Virus record (IMG/VR): IMGVR_UViG_3300010373_000056
Location: 1 to 55,492 of that record
Length of the DNA stretch: 55,492 nt
DNA from: a virus
Lineage: Duplodnaviria; Caudoviricetes
Direction: 5' to 3' (one strand)
Below the pieces are notes generated by a model. That model did not search any database and had not been told where the DNA came from. It saw only the letters and a list, made by a program, of their open reading frames with translations. Positions 36,077 through 45,401 of this stretch are shown here, piece by piece. Position 1 is the stretch's first letter, and each line of letters starts with the position of its first letter. Both the position numbers and the translations under genes were made by a program.

Positions 36077-36146
36077 GACAGGGTCTCCTTGGGACGGCGT
36101 CTAGCCCCGTGGCCACGGCGGCCAGGGGGCTGAGGTTCGGGGGTTG

Positions 36147-36563
36147 TTACTGGGTGGCGGGAAGTGTCGGGTCGACCTGTGCGGGGTCGTTCGACGCGGT
36201 CAACGTCTCCGACGGGGTGCCGTCGGCCGGGACGTCGGCTGAGCCAGCGAGAACGGGCGGCACGTCAGCGGGAGGGGCGGTCTGCTCGGCCAGCGCCTTC
36301 TCGACTGCGGCCTTCTCGGCGGCGAGCTCTTCCTCGGACTTCTGCACGACCGGGGCGACGGCCTTCTCGGTCACGGCCTCGTCGGTGGCGACGAGGTGCT
36401 CGGCTTCGAGGTGGAACTTCAGCGCCAGGTCGTGCGCCTCGCTCTTGCCCTCGTCGATCAGCCGGACGACGTCGCCCTGCGCCGCTTCGAGGGTGTGGCC
36501 CTCGTGGCGGATCAGCTCGGAGAAGACGTGGACGCCTTCGAGCAGGATCTTGTAGTTCGGCAT
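36147..36563 (-). CDS. Acidic hypothetical virion-region protein
   Basis: 138 aa, RBS AGGAG. Confidence 0.6.
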   Translation of the reverse strand: MPNYKILLEGVHVFSELIRHEGHTLEAAQGDVVRLIDEGKSEAHDLALKFHLEAEHLVATDEAVTEKAVAPVVQKSEEELAAEKAAVEKALAEQTAPPADVPPVLAGSADVPADGTPSETLTASNDPAQVDPTLPATQ

Positions 36564-36572
36564 GGCGGGCTC

Positions 36573-37115
36573 CTAGCTTTCGGGCGTGCCGGGTTTGACC
36601 GTCTCGTAGACGGGGAAGTCGATCGACCCGTGGACCAGCCAGTCCTGCGTCTCGGGGACCTGCGACGGGGCTTCGAGGATCGTGGTGATCGACGGGTTGC
36701 CGGATGGGAAGTCGTTGCCGGCGGAGAAGATCGTGGTCCAGCCCTGCCCGTAGGTGCCGAGCGTCGGGTCGGACCGGATCGCGACCTTCACCGACTCGAC
36801 CATGTCGTCGAGGGCGTCGAGCCAGGTGTCGTCGTCGGTGGACGGGGTGAGGACCATGAAGTCGAAGATCAGCGCGGCCCGGTAGGCGACCATGCGCCAT
36901 CCGTTCGGCTGGATGTTGTTCGGGGCTCCGGTGGAGATGACCGTCTCGTCGTCGGTGATCAACCAGATGTAACCGGCCGCGCCGGAGGAGCCGGACGGCA
37001 CGATCACCTCAGGAGGGGTCTCCATGATCATCGTCTTGGAGATCAGGTTGAGCCCGGGGGTGTTCGCGTTCTGTAGGAACGTCTGGATCGTCGACCGGAC
37101 GAACTTGGCGGTCAC
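36573..37115 (-). CDS. Tail terminator-like protein
   Basis: GTGA-coupled; AIRSDPTLG motif. Confidence 0.65.
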   Translation of the reverse strand: MTAKFVRSTIQTFLQNANTPGLNLISKTMIMETPPEVIVPSGSSGAAGYIWLITDDETVISTGAPNNIQPNGWRMVAYRAALIFDFMVLTPSTDDDTWLDALDDMVESVKVAIRSDPTLGTYGQGWTTIFSAGNDFPSGNPSITTILEAPSQVPETQDWLVHGSIDFPVYETVKPGTPES

Positions 37116-38014
37116 CGGACCCGCGCATACGGGGCGAGCAGGGCTTGCGCCTCGGACATGTCGTCGTGCGCGCCGACGTCCTGCAGCTGCGTCTTCGAGG
37201 GAGCCCCTTGGAGCTTTCCGGCGACGATGGACAGCGAGCCCCGGGTCTTGATCAGCGCCGACGTGAGGTGGATGACGGCCTGTTTGATCGCGGGCGGCAG
37301 GCTGGAGACCGACACGCCTGCGGCATGCTGGAACTGCAGCCCGGTCGTGAGCGGGACGGTGGTCGACCCGATGGTGTAAGTGGAGGCGACGACCACGGGC
37401 TCGTTGCCGGGCGAGTCGTCGTAGACCTGCATCGGCGTGCCCGGGTAGATGCCGAGCGCGTCGGCGACGGTGATCGACGTGGCACTGGCGGAGGCGGGCG
37501 CGGCGAGGGTCGTGTTCGGCCAGCCGTTGACGTAGCCGACCTCGGCGAGGATCTGCCCGTAGCCGGGGGTGATCGGGTAGGTCGGGTAGTTCGGCGACGG
37601 GCTGACCGGGCTGATCCCGTTGATCGGGATCGAGACGACCTTGCGCTGAATCCACAGGCCGCTGAGGTCCGTGAGCGCCTGCATCGTGTTCGGATGCCAG
37701 CCGAGCGACACCGAGTTGACGGCGAGCAGCGGAGTGTTGTCGACCGGGACGCGGATGACGCCGTTGCGGATCCGGTAAGAGCCCGCCTGGACGTCGAGGG
37801 TGGCGGCGAGGATCTGGTGGCAGATCGTGTCGGCCATCGACGACGCCCGGGCGATGACATTGAACAGCTCATTGGTGTTCTGCGCTTGCGAGCCGCCCGC
37901 GACGAGGTTGGTGGCGTTGACGGCGGTCGGAGCGGCCGTGTACTCGGCGGGCGTGATGTACGGGGCGCGGGAGGCGTAGTACGGGACGTAGGGCGCGAGC
38001 GCGGGGGTCGTCAT
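37112..38014 (-). CDS. Head-tail adaptor
   Basis: PYITPAEY...IARASS.AD..C; LPPAIKQAVI; LLAPYAR. Confidence 0.75.
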   Translation of the reverse strand: MTTPALAPYVPYYASRAPYITPAEYTAAPTAVNATNLVAGGSQAQNTNELFNVIARASSMADTICHQILAATLDVQAGSYRIRNGVIRVPVDNTPLLAVNSVSLGWHPNTMQALTDLSGLWIQRKVVSIPINGISPVSPSPNYPTYPITPGYGQILAEVGYVNGWPNTTLAAPASASATSITVADALGIYPGTPMQVYDDSPGNEPVVVASTYTIGSTTVPLTTGLQFQHAAGVSVSSLPPAIKQAVIHLTSALIKTRGSLSIVAGKLQGAPSKTQLQDVGAHDDMSEAQALLAPYARVR

Positions 38015-38024
38015 CGCGTCCTCC

Positions 38025-38606
38025 TCACCATTGCGCTAGTCGCGGATGCACCGACGGGATGTGCTCGGCGAGGATGTCCTGCTCGTTCGGGTAGTGCTTG
38101 TGCCCGGCCGGGGGCTCGTGCGGGTGCGCCACATGGCCGAGGCTTTGCAGTTGGCAGGCGATCCGGGTGTCCATCCGCCGCCAGTCGCCCGCCGGAACTG
38201 CGCCGCCGTCCAGCGCCGGATCCATGCCGACCGCTTTGGCCATCAGGTCCGGGAGCGAGTTCTTCAGGTGGGCGGTGAACCGGACGCAGCCGAGGGAGTT
38301 GATCAGCATGTCGCTCGGCCCCGGGTAGGGGTGCGAGCACCACGGCTGACGGCAGGTCTGGAAGCCTTCGATGAACCCGGCGGGGACGTGGATGTCGTGC
38401 TCGACGACGACGAGGTCGCCGGGCCAGAGCCACGCCTCGCGGAGGATCTCCGAGTACTGGGTGGTCCTCGCTGGGTCGATCTCGCGCCACTCGATCACGA
38501 CGTCGTCCGGGACGTGCTCGTGCAGCAACCGGACGGTGTCGGGGTCGAGGCTTTGCCCGTTGGATCCGGGGACTTTGGTGTGCGGGACGAGGACGGTCGT
38601 GGTCAT
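38025..38606 (-). CDS. Glycosyltransferase-like protein (GT-A, EHD motif)
   Basis: LVVVEHDI...C.QPWC..PY...LGC..F...W.R.D; paralog of 42861..43364. Confidence 0.6.
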   Translation of the reverse strand: MTTTVLVPHTKVPGSNGQSLDPDTVRLLHEHVPDDVVIEWREIDPARTTQYSEILREAWLWPGDLVVVEHDIHVPAGFIEGFQTCRQPWCSHPYPGPSDMLINSLGCVRFTAHLKNSLPDLMAKAVGMDPALDGGAVPAGDWRRMDTRIACQLQSLGHVAHPHEPPAGHKHYPNEQDILAEHIPSVHPRLAQW

Positions 38607-38664
38607 GGCTCCCCTTGCCCGGCCCGGAGCCTCATCACTCCGGGCCGGGACTGTCAGGACTGGA

Positions 38665-40119
38665 CTAGCCGGCCGCGATCTCGGAGATGATTCCGCAGGC
38701 GACCGGTGCCCGGTTGACGAACGTCTCCACCGAGGAGAGGTCCCACACCTCGCGGGGGCCGCCGTTGTTGCCGGCCGTGGTGTCGAGCGAGGTCCCGTAG
38801 GGGAACTCGGCGACGTCACGCAGGCAGCGGGCCTCGAAGGTGTTCGCGATACCCGAGTTCGGGTAGTTGATCCGCTCCGTGACGAACACGATGCGGCCGG
38901 GCGGGAGGTGCGGGTCGACGACGATGTCGATCCGGTCGCCGCCGCTCGCGCCGTTGATGTACCCGGCGACCGAACCGCCGCCGATGACGCCTTCGCGGCT
39001 CGCGCCGTCCGGGGTCGTGTACATGATCGCCTGGTTGGACGCGAGGATCTTGCCCTTGATGTCCTGCGCTTCCTGGCCGTTGATGATCATCGCGGTCGGC
39101 GACAGCTGCGCCTGGTTGTAGATCGCCAGGAGCATGTTGTCGATCTCGGTCACGCCCTGCGACGTGGCCGTGAGGGTCGCGCCGTTGAGCGACGTGAACG
39201 TCGCGCCGCTCGAGGTTCCCGAGCCCGGGGTGACCAGGCCGGTCGAGGAGTAGTCCCCGGCCAGCGTCGCGATCAGCCCGTTGTAGGAGTTGGTCGAGTA
39301 GCTCGTGTCGGCCGTGGGGACGGCGGACGGCGCGGTCGGGTACAGGTCCGGCAGGTTCGGGACGGCCTGCGCGGCGGTCGGGATCGAGGTGATCGTGACC
39401 GTGTTGGTGACCGTCGTCGTGTAGTAGATGCCGTTGACGAACCAGTCGTAGGCGACCGCGCCCTTCACTGCGGCGACCGAGGTCGTCGCGGAGTTGGTCG
39501 AGGTCGTGGACGCCGTGGTGGCCGACGCCTGCGAGGACGCGACGCCGGAACCGCCCCAGTAGTAGTTGTAGGCGGAGCGGGCGGCGACCTTCACCGGGAC
39601 GGCGGTCGACGCGGCGATGGTTCCGCCTGTGGTCGAGAGCGTCGGGGTGGCCGGGGTGGCGATCGTCGGGAGGGCGAAGCCCTGGCCGCCGAGGAGGCCC
39701 TTGTTCTCCTGGATGCGCCACTGCATCAACGTGCCGGTGACGGCGAGAGCGCGGGTGTCCGCGTAGCCCTTCGAGAGGTCGATCGAGTCGTGCGACACGT
39801 AGCCCGACACACGGACGGGAACGTACTTCGCGAGGACGTCCTGCTCGTTGAACTTGACGTAGTTACCACCCTGGTCGAGACCCACGAACGGGTTGGGCTG
39901 CTGGTTGTTGATGTTCGTCAGCGCCTTCCAGTTCGCGGCCAGCGAGCCCTCGCCGGAGGTGCGGGCGACGCGGTCGAACCAGGGGGTGTTGACGGGGACG
40001 AGGGAGACCACGCCGGACAGGTCGTAGCCCACGACGCCCGTGGACGTGGTGAAGCCGTTGGTCTGCGCCTTCTTGATCTGCTCGATCGTCTCTTCGGTGA
40101 TGCCTTGGAACTGAGTCAT
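38665..40119 (-). CDS. Major capsid protein with Thr-rich inserted domain
   Basis: GVVGYDL..VSLVPVNTP; IVVDPHLPPGRI; follows the scaffold. Confidence 0.85.
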   Translation of the reverse strand: MTQFQGITEETIEQIKKAQTNGFTTSTGVVGYDLSGVVSLVPVNTPWFDRVARTSGEGSLAANWKALTNINNQQPNPFVGLDQGGNYVKFNEQDVLAKYVPVRVSGYVSHDSIDLSKGYADTRALAVTGTLMQWRIQENKGLLGGQGFALPTIATPATPTLSTTGGTIAASTAVPVKVAARSAYNYYWGGSGVASSQASATTASTTSTNSATTSVAAVKGAVAYDWFVNGIYYTTTVTNTVTITSIPTAAQAVPNLPDLYPTAPSAVPTADTSYSTNSYNGLIATLAGDYSSTGLVTPGSGTSSGATFTSLNGATLTATSQGVTEIDNMLLAIYNQAQLSPTAMIINGQEAQDIKGKILASNQAIMYTTPDGASREGVIGGGSVAGYINGASGGDRIDIVVDPHLPPGRIVFVTERINYPNSGIANTFEARCLRDVAEFPYGTSLDTTAGNNGGPREVWDLSSVETFVNRAPVACGIISEIAAG

Positions 40120-40191
40120 GGGAGGTGCCTTTCAGGCATGCCGACATGGCCCAGCGCCGGACGGCGGGGCCTATCGGGGAGCGGGGGTTTG

Positions 40192-41898
40192 CTACAGGGG
40201 CGGTGCTTGGCGAACCATCAGCGCGGCGATCTGCATGTCCAGATTCGCCCGCTCGTTCGGGTTCTTCGACGTGGCGCGACTCTTGACGAGCTCGGCGAGC
40301 TGGTCATGTCCGCCGTCCTGGCCCCGGAGCACGGGGCCTGCATTGCCGGGGATCGCGCCCTTGAGCATCGGGCCGGGCATGGGCTGAGACTCCACCTTGT
40401 CGAGTCGGTCCCGCAGCGGTGCGAGCGCTGCCTCTAGGGCCTCTTCGACGGTGCTCTTCATCAGTTCCGTGCTCTGCTCGACTGCCTTCTGCAGCAATCC
40501 GTTCTCGTCGACCGCAGGCGCTGGGGCCGGGGTCGCGTCGGCGGCCGGTGCGGCTGCCATGTCAGGGGCGGCGGCCTCGGGGGCCGCTGGGGGTTCGGTT
40601 TCGGCTCCGGTGGCCTCTCCGCCTTCAGGCGGGGCCGGTGCGGCGATCGGGGACAGGTCGTCCGGGGAGATCGTGCCCACGATGTTGCCGTCGGCGTCGA
40701 AGACGACCATCTGCGGGTCGCCCGCCTTGGCGAGGCCGATCTTGCCGCCGAGGGTGACGTGCGCGAACGCTTGCGCCTTCGTCACGACGGCGAGAGGGGC
40801 GGCGTTGAACGCGGCGCGGGTCTGCGCGGGGGTCTGCAGGAACTGCGGCGCGACCGTCCGCTTCGGGGCCTTCTCGGGCTCGATCAGGTCCTGGCCGGAG
40901 GCAGCTGCGGCGACGGCGGCAGCGTCGGACTTGGCGACCTCGATGGCCGGCGGGAGCGCTTCGGCCGCGTGGGCGTCGGCGGTCAGTTCGGGGGTTTCGA
41001 TGGAATCCACGGCGGGCTCCTCGCTCTTGGCGACCGGGGCCGCGTCGGGAATCGGGGCGGGCAGGGTGTTGAGGACGTTCTGCAGGGAGTCGACCGCGCC
41101 CCGGATGGCGGTCTCGTTCGCGGCGGACAAGACGCGACCGGCCTTGACGAGGACGCCGTAGCCTTCGAGAACGGCGAGCGCGTTGGGGTCGATCCCGGCG
41201 GCGGCCTTGGTCATGGCCTCCATCTGCTCGGCCTCAGCCTGCTCCCCTACCGCGTAGGCGGCGAGGGTGCCGATGGCGAAGTCGATGGCGCAGCAGGCGT
41301 CGTCGAGGTCCCAGGCGTTCTCGTTGTCGTCGTAGTCGCCCAGCGGGGACTCGCCTTCGACGCGCTCGCGGGTGGCGAGGACTTCGAGGGCGTTCTTGGC
41401 GCGTCCGAGGACGGCGGTCCACTTCATCGCGGAGTCGGCGTCGAGCTGCTCCCAGGCGGATGAGCCGGGCATGGATTCGGCGAGGACGTCGCTTGACGGG
41501 GCTAGCGGCTCGGTGAGGTCGATCTCGGCCGGGTCTGCGTCGACTGGCTCGTCGGCCTTGGCCACGGTTTCGGGCATAGTGGCCTCCAAGGCCTCGGGGG
41601 TTGGTGGGGCTTCCTTGGCGCGCTCGGCGGCCTGGGCGATCATCTTGGCGATAGCGGCGGGCGGTCCGGTCAGGGTGACGTCGTCGCGTCGCGGGAACAT
41701 GTCCATGTGGACGCCGCCCGTGAGCTTCTCGCTCGAAGGTCGAGCCCCGATTAGGTTGCGCACCTGCTCGTCGGAGAGCAGCCCGCCCTCGTTCTTGGCG
41801 ACCAGGAACGGCATGCCATTAGCGCCCTTGCCGACGAGGTCGACACGCGGGACGACGGCGTCGACCAGTTCGGTGAACTCGTCCTCGGGTGCGGTCAT
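40192..41898 (-). CDS. Capsid scaffold / protease-associated protein
   Basis: N-terminal ELVDAVVPRVDLVGKGANG..FLVAK; KAGRVLSAANE; acidic and Pro-rich. Confidence 0.75.
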   Translation of the reverse strand: MTAPEDEFTELVDAVVPRVDLVGKGANGMPFLVAKNEGGLLSDEQVRNLIGARPSSEKLTGGVHMDMFPRRDDVTLTGPPAAIAKMIAQAAERAKEAPPTPEALEATMPETVAKADEPVDADPAEIDLTEPLAPSSDVLAESMPGSSAWEQLDADSAMKWTAVLGRAKNALEVLATRERVEGESPLGDYDDNENAWDLDDACCAIDFAIGTLAAYAVGEQAEAEQMEAMTKAAAGIDPNALAVLEGYGVLVKAGRVLSAANETAIRGAVDSLQNVLNTLPAPIPDAAPVAKSEEPAVDSIETPELTADAHAAEALPPAIEVAKSDAAAVAAAASGQDLIEPEKAPKRTVAPQFLQTPAQTRAAFNAAPLAVVTKAQAFAHVTLGGKIGLAKAGDPQMVVFDADGNIVGTISPDDLSPIAAPAPPEGGEATGAETEPPAAPEAAAPDMAAAPAADATPAPAPAVDENGLLQKAVEQSTELMKSTVEEALEAALAPLRDRLDKVESQPMPGPMLKGAIPGNAGPVLRGQDGGHDQLAELVKSRATSKNPNERANLDMQIAALMVRQAPPL

Positions 41899-42296
41899 GA
41901 GTCTCTCCTGGTGATTCGACGACGGCGGGCCTGTCCCTGGATGGAGACGCCGCCGATGTGCCCGGCCTTGTAGAGGTTCCAGGCGACCTCGTCGGGCAGG
42001 ATCCGCCCGAGCCAGTCGCCTTCCTTGATCACGACTTCCGAGCCGTCAGCGGCGACGACGTGCCAGTCGGGCGCGCCGTCCGGCCACAGGAAGCTCTCGA
42101 CGATCTGCCCGTGGCCGACGGTGCCGTCTGCGTGGAACAGTCCGACCTCGGGGACGCCGGACTGCATCAGCGACCAGCAGGCTTTGCGGAGCTCGTCCTT
42201 GGTGAAGTAGTCGCGGGATCCGTCCGCGCCCTTGACGATGCGCGGGTCCGGCCCGGCCTGGTGGAACACGGTGAGGAAGTAGTGAGGCTCGCTCAA
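41895..42296 (-). CDS. XkdF-like capsid maturation serine protease
   Basis: D...DELRKACW, GLFH, IVESF, IKEGDWL, GGVSIQG. Confidence 0.8.
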   Translation of the reverse strand: MSEPHYFLTVFHQAGPDPRIVKGADGSRDYFTKDELRKACWSLMQSGVPEVGLFHADGTVGHGQIVESFLWPDGAPDWHVVAADGSEVVIKEGDWLGRILPDEVAWNLYKAGHIGGVSIQGQARRRRITRRDS

Positions 42297-42371
42297 CGCT
42301 TCCTCCTATTAAGACTTAGAACACATCACGCAAAGAATGTATTGGCTATTGGCGCGACGTATCATTGATGA

Positions 42372-42965
42372 ATGGGACAGAAAAAGCCATTGCGTCACGG
42401 AACTGACGCCGGTTACCAGCGCGGATGCAAATGCGAAGAATGCCGCCGGGCGCACTCAACTAGGACCGCCGAATATGCCAGGCGTAACCCTGACAAGCGA
42501 AAAGCCACAGCCGCCGCGTACGCGATTAACCATGCCGAAGAGATTCGAGCTAGAAACGCTGCTAACTATGCGACGCGATCGGAGACGGTGCGAGCTCAGG
42601 ACGCCCTTCGGAACTACGGCGTCACTTCGGAAAACATGTCTCAGCGCCTAGTGGAGCAGGGCGATAGTTGCGCTATCTGCCGGAGGCCGTTTGACAGGGA
42701 TCAGAAGAGAACCAAACCCCACATTGACCATGATCACAGTTGCTGCGCTGCCCGTCCGACATGTGGTCACTGTGTCCGAGACCTTCTCTGTGGGATTTGC
42801 AATCATATGCTCGGATTGGCTGAAGACTCGCCAGACCGGCTCCGCGCTGCGGCCGAATATCTAGAGCGACACGCAGCCATGAGAGGGCTGCGGGGGACCC
42901 GCATAGGGACGGACATGGCGCAGAACGGGACTATGAACATGCATAGTCGCCCCATTGCGTCCTAA
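42372..42965 (+). CDS. Endonuclease VII-like (homing) endonuclease
   Basis: CAICR...HIDHDH.CC...CVRDLLC..CN..LG; leaderless TATCAT-6 nt-ATG. Confidence 0.88.
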   Translation: MGQKKPLRHGTDAGYQRGCKCEECRRAHSTRTAEYARRNPDKRKATAAAYAINHAEEIRARNAANYATRSETVRAQDALRNYGVTSENMSQRLVEQGDSCAICRRPFDRDQKRTKPHIDHDHSCCAARPTCGHCVRDLLCGICNHMLGLAEDSPDRLRAAAEYLERHAAMRGLRGTRIGTDMAQNGTMNMHSRPIAS

Positions 42966-43364
42966 AACCTGTTGGAGCCAAGCATCCAATCTACAAAAGT
43001 GCTTCGCCTCGTGACCCGCGTCAGACATTCCGCCGACCGCGTCGATGGCGAACGGGTTGCTGGAGATCAGGCCAGCGCCGAACTTCGCGCAGCCAAGGCC
43101 CGCATAGGGTCCGTTGAAGTATTCGATCGGATACGCGCACCAGTCCGCTGGGCAGGCGACGAGATGGTCGATCAGGTCGGGCTGGACGATGACGTCGTGC
43201 TCGACGATCGCGAAGGTGCGGCATTCGCGCCAGAGGTCGTCCAAGAGGTCCCAGTAGGCGCGAGGCGAGCCGGAGACGTCCACCGGATGCCAGGCCCAGC
43301 CGGTCGCGTCCAGGGCTTCTGCGACGCCCGGGGCAAACGCGGTGTACGGCGCAATGACCCGCAT
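42861..43364 (-). CDS. Glycosyltransferase-like protein (GT-A, EHD motif)
   Basis: FAIVEHDV...CPADWCAYP...GLGCAKF...HFCRLD. Confidence 0.6.
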   Translation of the reverse strand: MRVIAPYTAFAPGVAEALDATGWAWHPVDVSGSPRAYWDLLDDLWRECRTFAIVEHDVIVQPDLIDHLVACPADWCAYPIEYFNGPYAGLGCAKFGAGLISSNPFAIDAVGGMSDAGHEAKHFCRLDAWLQQVLGRNGATMHVHSPVLRHVRPYAGPPQPSHGCVSL

Positions 43365-43670
43365 CAGGCTCGGTGCAGGCGCATGAGCGCCGCGTCGTGC
43401 CTATCGCACACCCAGCGGATCGAGCGGCGACGCGGGAGCAACTCGTGCAGGGCGGTGTCAAGGACGCACCAGTGGGAGCGCCATCCGCAGCAGAACCACC
43501 ACGGCTTGAGCTTCACGCCTCTCGGCCCAGATCGTGCCGACTGACCCGGCGGGTCTTGCCGATTTTTCGCAGTTCACTGAATGGCTTGCGGATGGCCTGC
43601 CCGTGGTCCATGTGCTTGTAGTACTTGCACATCGGGCAGCCCTTCGACTTGCGAGTGCTCGTGCGGGCCA

Positions 43671-43994
43671 TCAAGCGATCTTCGCGCCGGCAAACCCGTC
43701 CGGGTCTTCGTCGTCTCGTCGGACGATCGAGAGTCCGCCGTTGATCGTGACCGTGCCGTTCGGGTGTTCAGCGGCGACGAATATGCCACTACCCGACGTC
43801 CACGTCGGCGTGGGCTGCACCCATGGCTTGTAAGGCTGAACGGCTGGTTGCACGTAGGGCTGCACAGCCGGCGGATAGACCGCGTACGGATAGGACGGCT
43901 TCGCCTGAATAGCGGCCATCAGCGCGTCCGTGAGACGCCGGTTCTGCTCCCGCAGTTCTTCGATCTGGGCTTCGAGTTCAGCTTTCGTCGCCAT
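43671..43994 (-). CDS. Hypothetical protein
   Basis: MATKAELEAQIEELR coiled coil, QPY repeats. Confidence 0.6.
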   Translation of the reverse strand: MATKAELEAQIEELREQNRRLTDALMAAIQAKPSYPYAVYPPAVQPYVQPAVQPYKPWVQPTPTWTSGSGIFVAAEHPNGTVTINGGLSIVRRDDEDPDGFAGAKIA

Positions 43995-44118
43995 CGTCTT
44001 CCCCCATTAGGTCAACACCGAACAGGTCGGCCACTTCGGCGAGGCTGTAGGACGTGCCGTCCCAGTTCGCGAGGCGCTCGGCTGCGAGCTTGTAGACGTC
44101 GCGGTCAGGCGCATGCAT
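43978..44118 (-). CDS. 46-aa antitoxin-C-terminus-like peptide
   Basis: RBS GGGGGG; MHAPDRDVYKLAAERLANWDGTSYSLAEVADLFGVDLMGEDDGDES. Confidence 0.5.
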   Translation of the reverse strand: MHAPDRDVYKLAAERLANWDGTSYSLAEVADLFGVDLMGEDDGDES

Positions 44119-44153
44119 ATCTGTCCCCCCAAGAATTCCCAGACTCTAGAACC

Positions 44154-44182
44154 TTGACGTTATAGAATCCAGGGGTTATGCT
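44154..44182 (+). promoter_or_regulatory. TA operon promoter (leaderless)
   Basis: TTGACG-17 nt-TATGCT-6 nt-ATG at 44189. Confidence 0.75.
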
Positions 44183-44188
44183 TTGTTC

Positions 44189-44542
44189 ATGAGTTGGGAA
44201 GTCAGCCTGGTGAGCGAGGTCAGCGAGTGGCTGATCAACCTCAGCGAAGAAGACCCCAAGCTGGCCGACCTGGTCGCCGCCGCGATCGACATGCTCGAAG
44301 AGAACGGCCCGACGCTTGGACGCCCCCTGGTCGACACGATCAAGGGATCCAAGATTCACAACCTGAAAGAACTGCGGCCCAGCACAGTGCGCCTGCTGTT
44401 CGCGTTCGACCCCAAGCAAGAGGCGATCATCCTGGTCGCTGGCGACAAAGCAGGACAGTGGAAACAGTGGTACGCAGACAACATCCCAGTAGCCGAAGAA
44501 CGCTACGCCCAGTGGATCAACGGCTACTCGGTGGAGGAGTGA
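44189..44542 (+). CDS. higB: HigB/RelE-family toxin (gp49-like)
   Basis: GPTLGRPLVDTIKGS..HNLKELRP...RLLFAFDP...LVAGDK. Confidence 0.9.
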   Translation: MSWEVSLVSEVSEWLINLSEEDPKLADLVAAAIDMLEENGPTLGRPLVDTIKGSKIHNLKELRPSTVRLLFAFDPKQEAIILVAGDKAGQWKQWYADNIPVAEERYAQWINGYSVEE

Positions 44543-44544
44543 CC

Positions 44545-44865
44545 ATGGACGACAAGCTACGCACCCGCAACTGGCGGAGCGTCCGGGCCGAGATGAAGCC
44601 CGACGAGGACGCCGTCGCGCAGCACAAGCGGAATCAGATGGACGAGGTCCGCGCCTACCGGCTGGCCGAGGTCCGCAAAAGCCAGGGGCGCACCCAGCAG
44701 GACGTCGCTGACAGTCTGCTGGTCGCTCAAGCGCGAGTGTCGAAGCTGGAGCGCGGCGATCTAGCCCGCTCCGAGGTGGGCACCATTCGGTCTTACGTCG
44801 AGGCTCTGGGCGGGCATCTGCGGATCGTCGCTGACTTCGGCGACGAGACGTTGACCCTGAGCTAA
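44545..44865 (+). CDS. higA: HigA-type XRE antitoxin
   Basis: LAEVRK..G.TQQDVA..L.V.QARVSKLERG...YVEALGG.L. Confidence 0.9.
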   Translation: MDDKLRTRNWRSVRAEMKPDEDAVAQHKRNQMDEVRAYRLAEVRKSQGRTQQDVADSLLVAQARVSKLERGDLARSEVGTIRSYVEALGGHLRIVADFGDETLTLS

Positions 44866-45401
44866 GCGGTGTCTAGCTGGTAGAACGAGACGCCACGCGG
44901 GGTCCGCAACCGCAACCCGCTGAGGCCGTAGGGCTCGAACGTGCCGTGGACCGGATGCTGAGGGCCGGTGTCGTGCACGCCGACGACCGCGCCGGGCGAG
45001 AGGTGCTCCCGGAAGTGGGCGAACTCGCGGTGCCGGGCGAACAGGTCCGAGTCCAGCCATAGGAAGCCGACCGGCGCGGGGGGCGTCAGCTTCTCCCCTG
45101 TGGTCTCCAGGACAGCGACGGGCAGTCCGGCGCATTTCCGCTCGGTGGCCTCGATCATGGCTGGGTCGATGTCGCAGGTGATCAGCCGACCGTGGCCGTT
45201 GGCTTTGAGCGCCCGCCCGATGGCGGCGGACGTCTGGCCGGTGTTGCAGCCGGTCTCGATCGCGAGGTGCGGCTGCATGGCGCGGATGAACGCGGCGACG
45301 AGCTCGGTGACCTCGTGCTCGGTGGCGTCTGCGTCGGAGGCGTGCCAGTCCTCCGGGTGGTCGCACCAGGCGTTCGCGGGAGTCCAGCGGGCCTCGGTCA
45401 T
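44862..45401 (-). CDS. O-methyltransferase (Methyltransf_24-like)
   Basis: IETGCNTG, LITCDID, FLWLDS, VGVHDT. Confidence 0.8.
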   Translation of the reverse strand: MTEARWTPANAWCDHPEDWHASDADATEHEVTELVAAFIRAMQPHLAIETGCNTGQTSAAIGRALKANGHGRLITCDIDPAMIEATERKCAGLPVAVLETTGEKLTPPAPVGFLWLDSDLFARHREFAHFREHLSPGAVVGVHDTGPQHPVHGTFEPYGLSGLRLRTPRGVSFYQLDTA

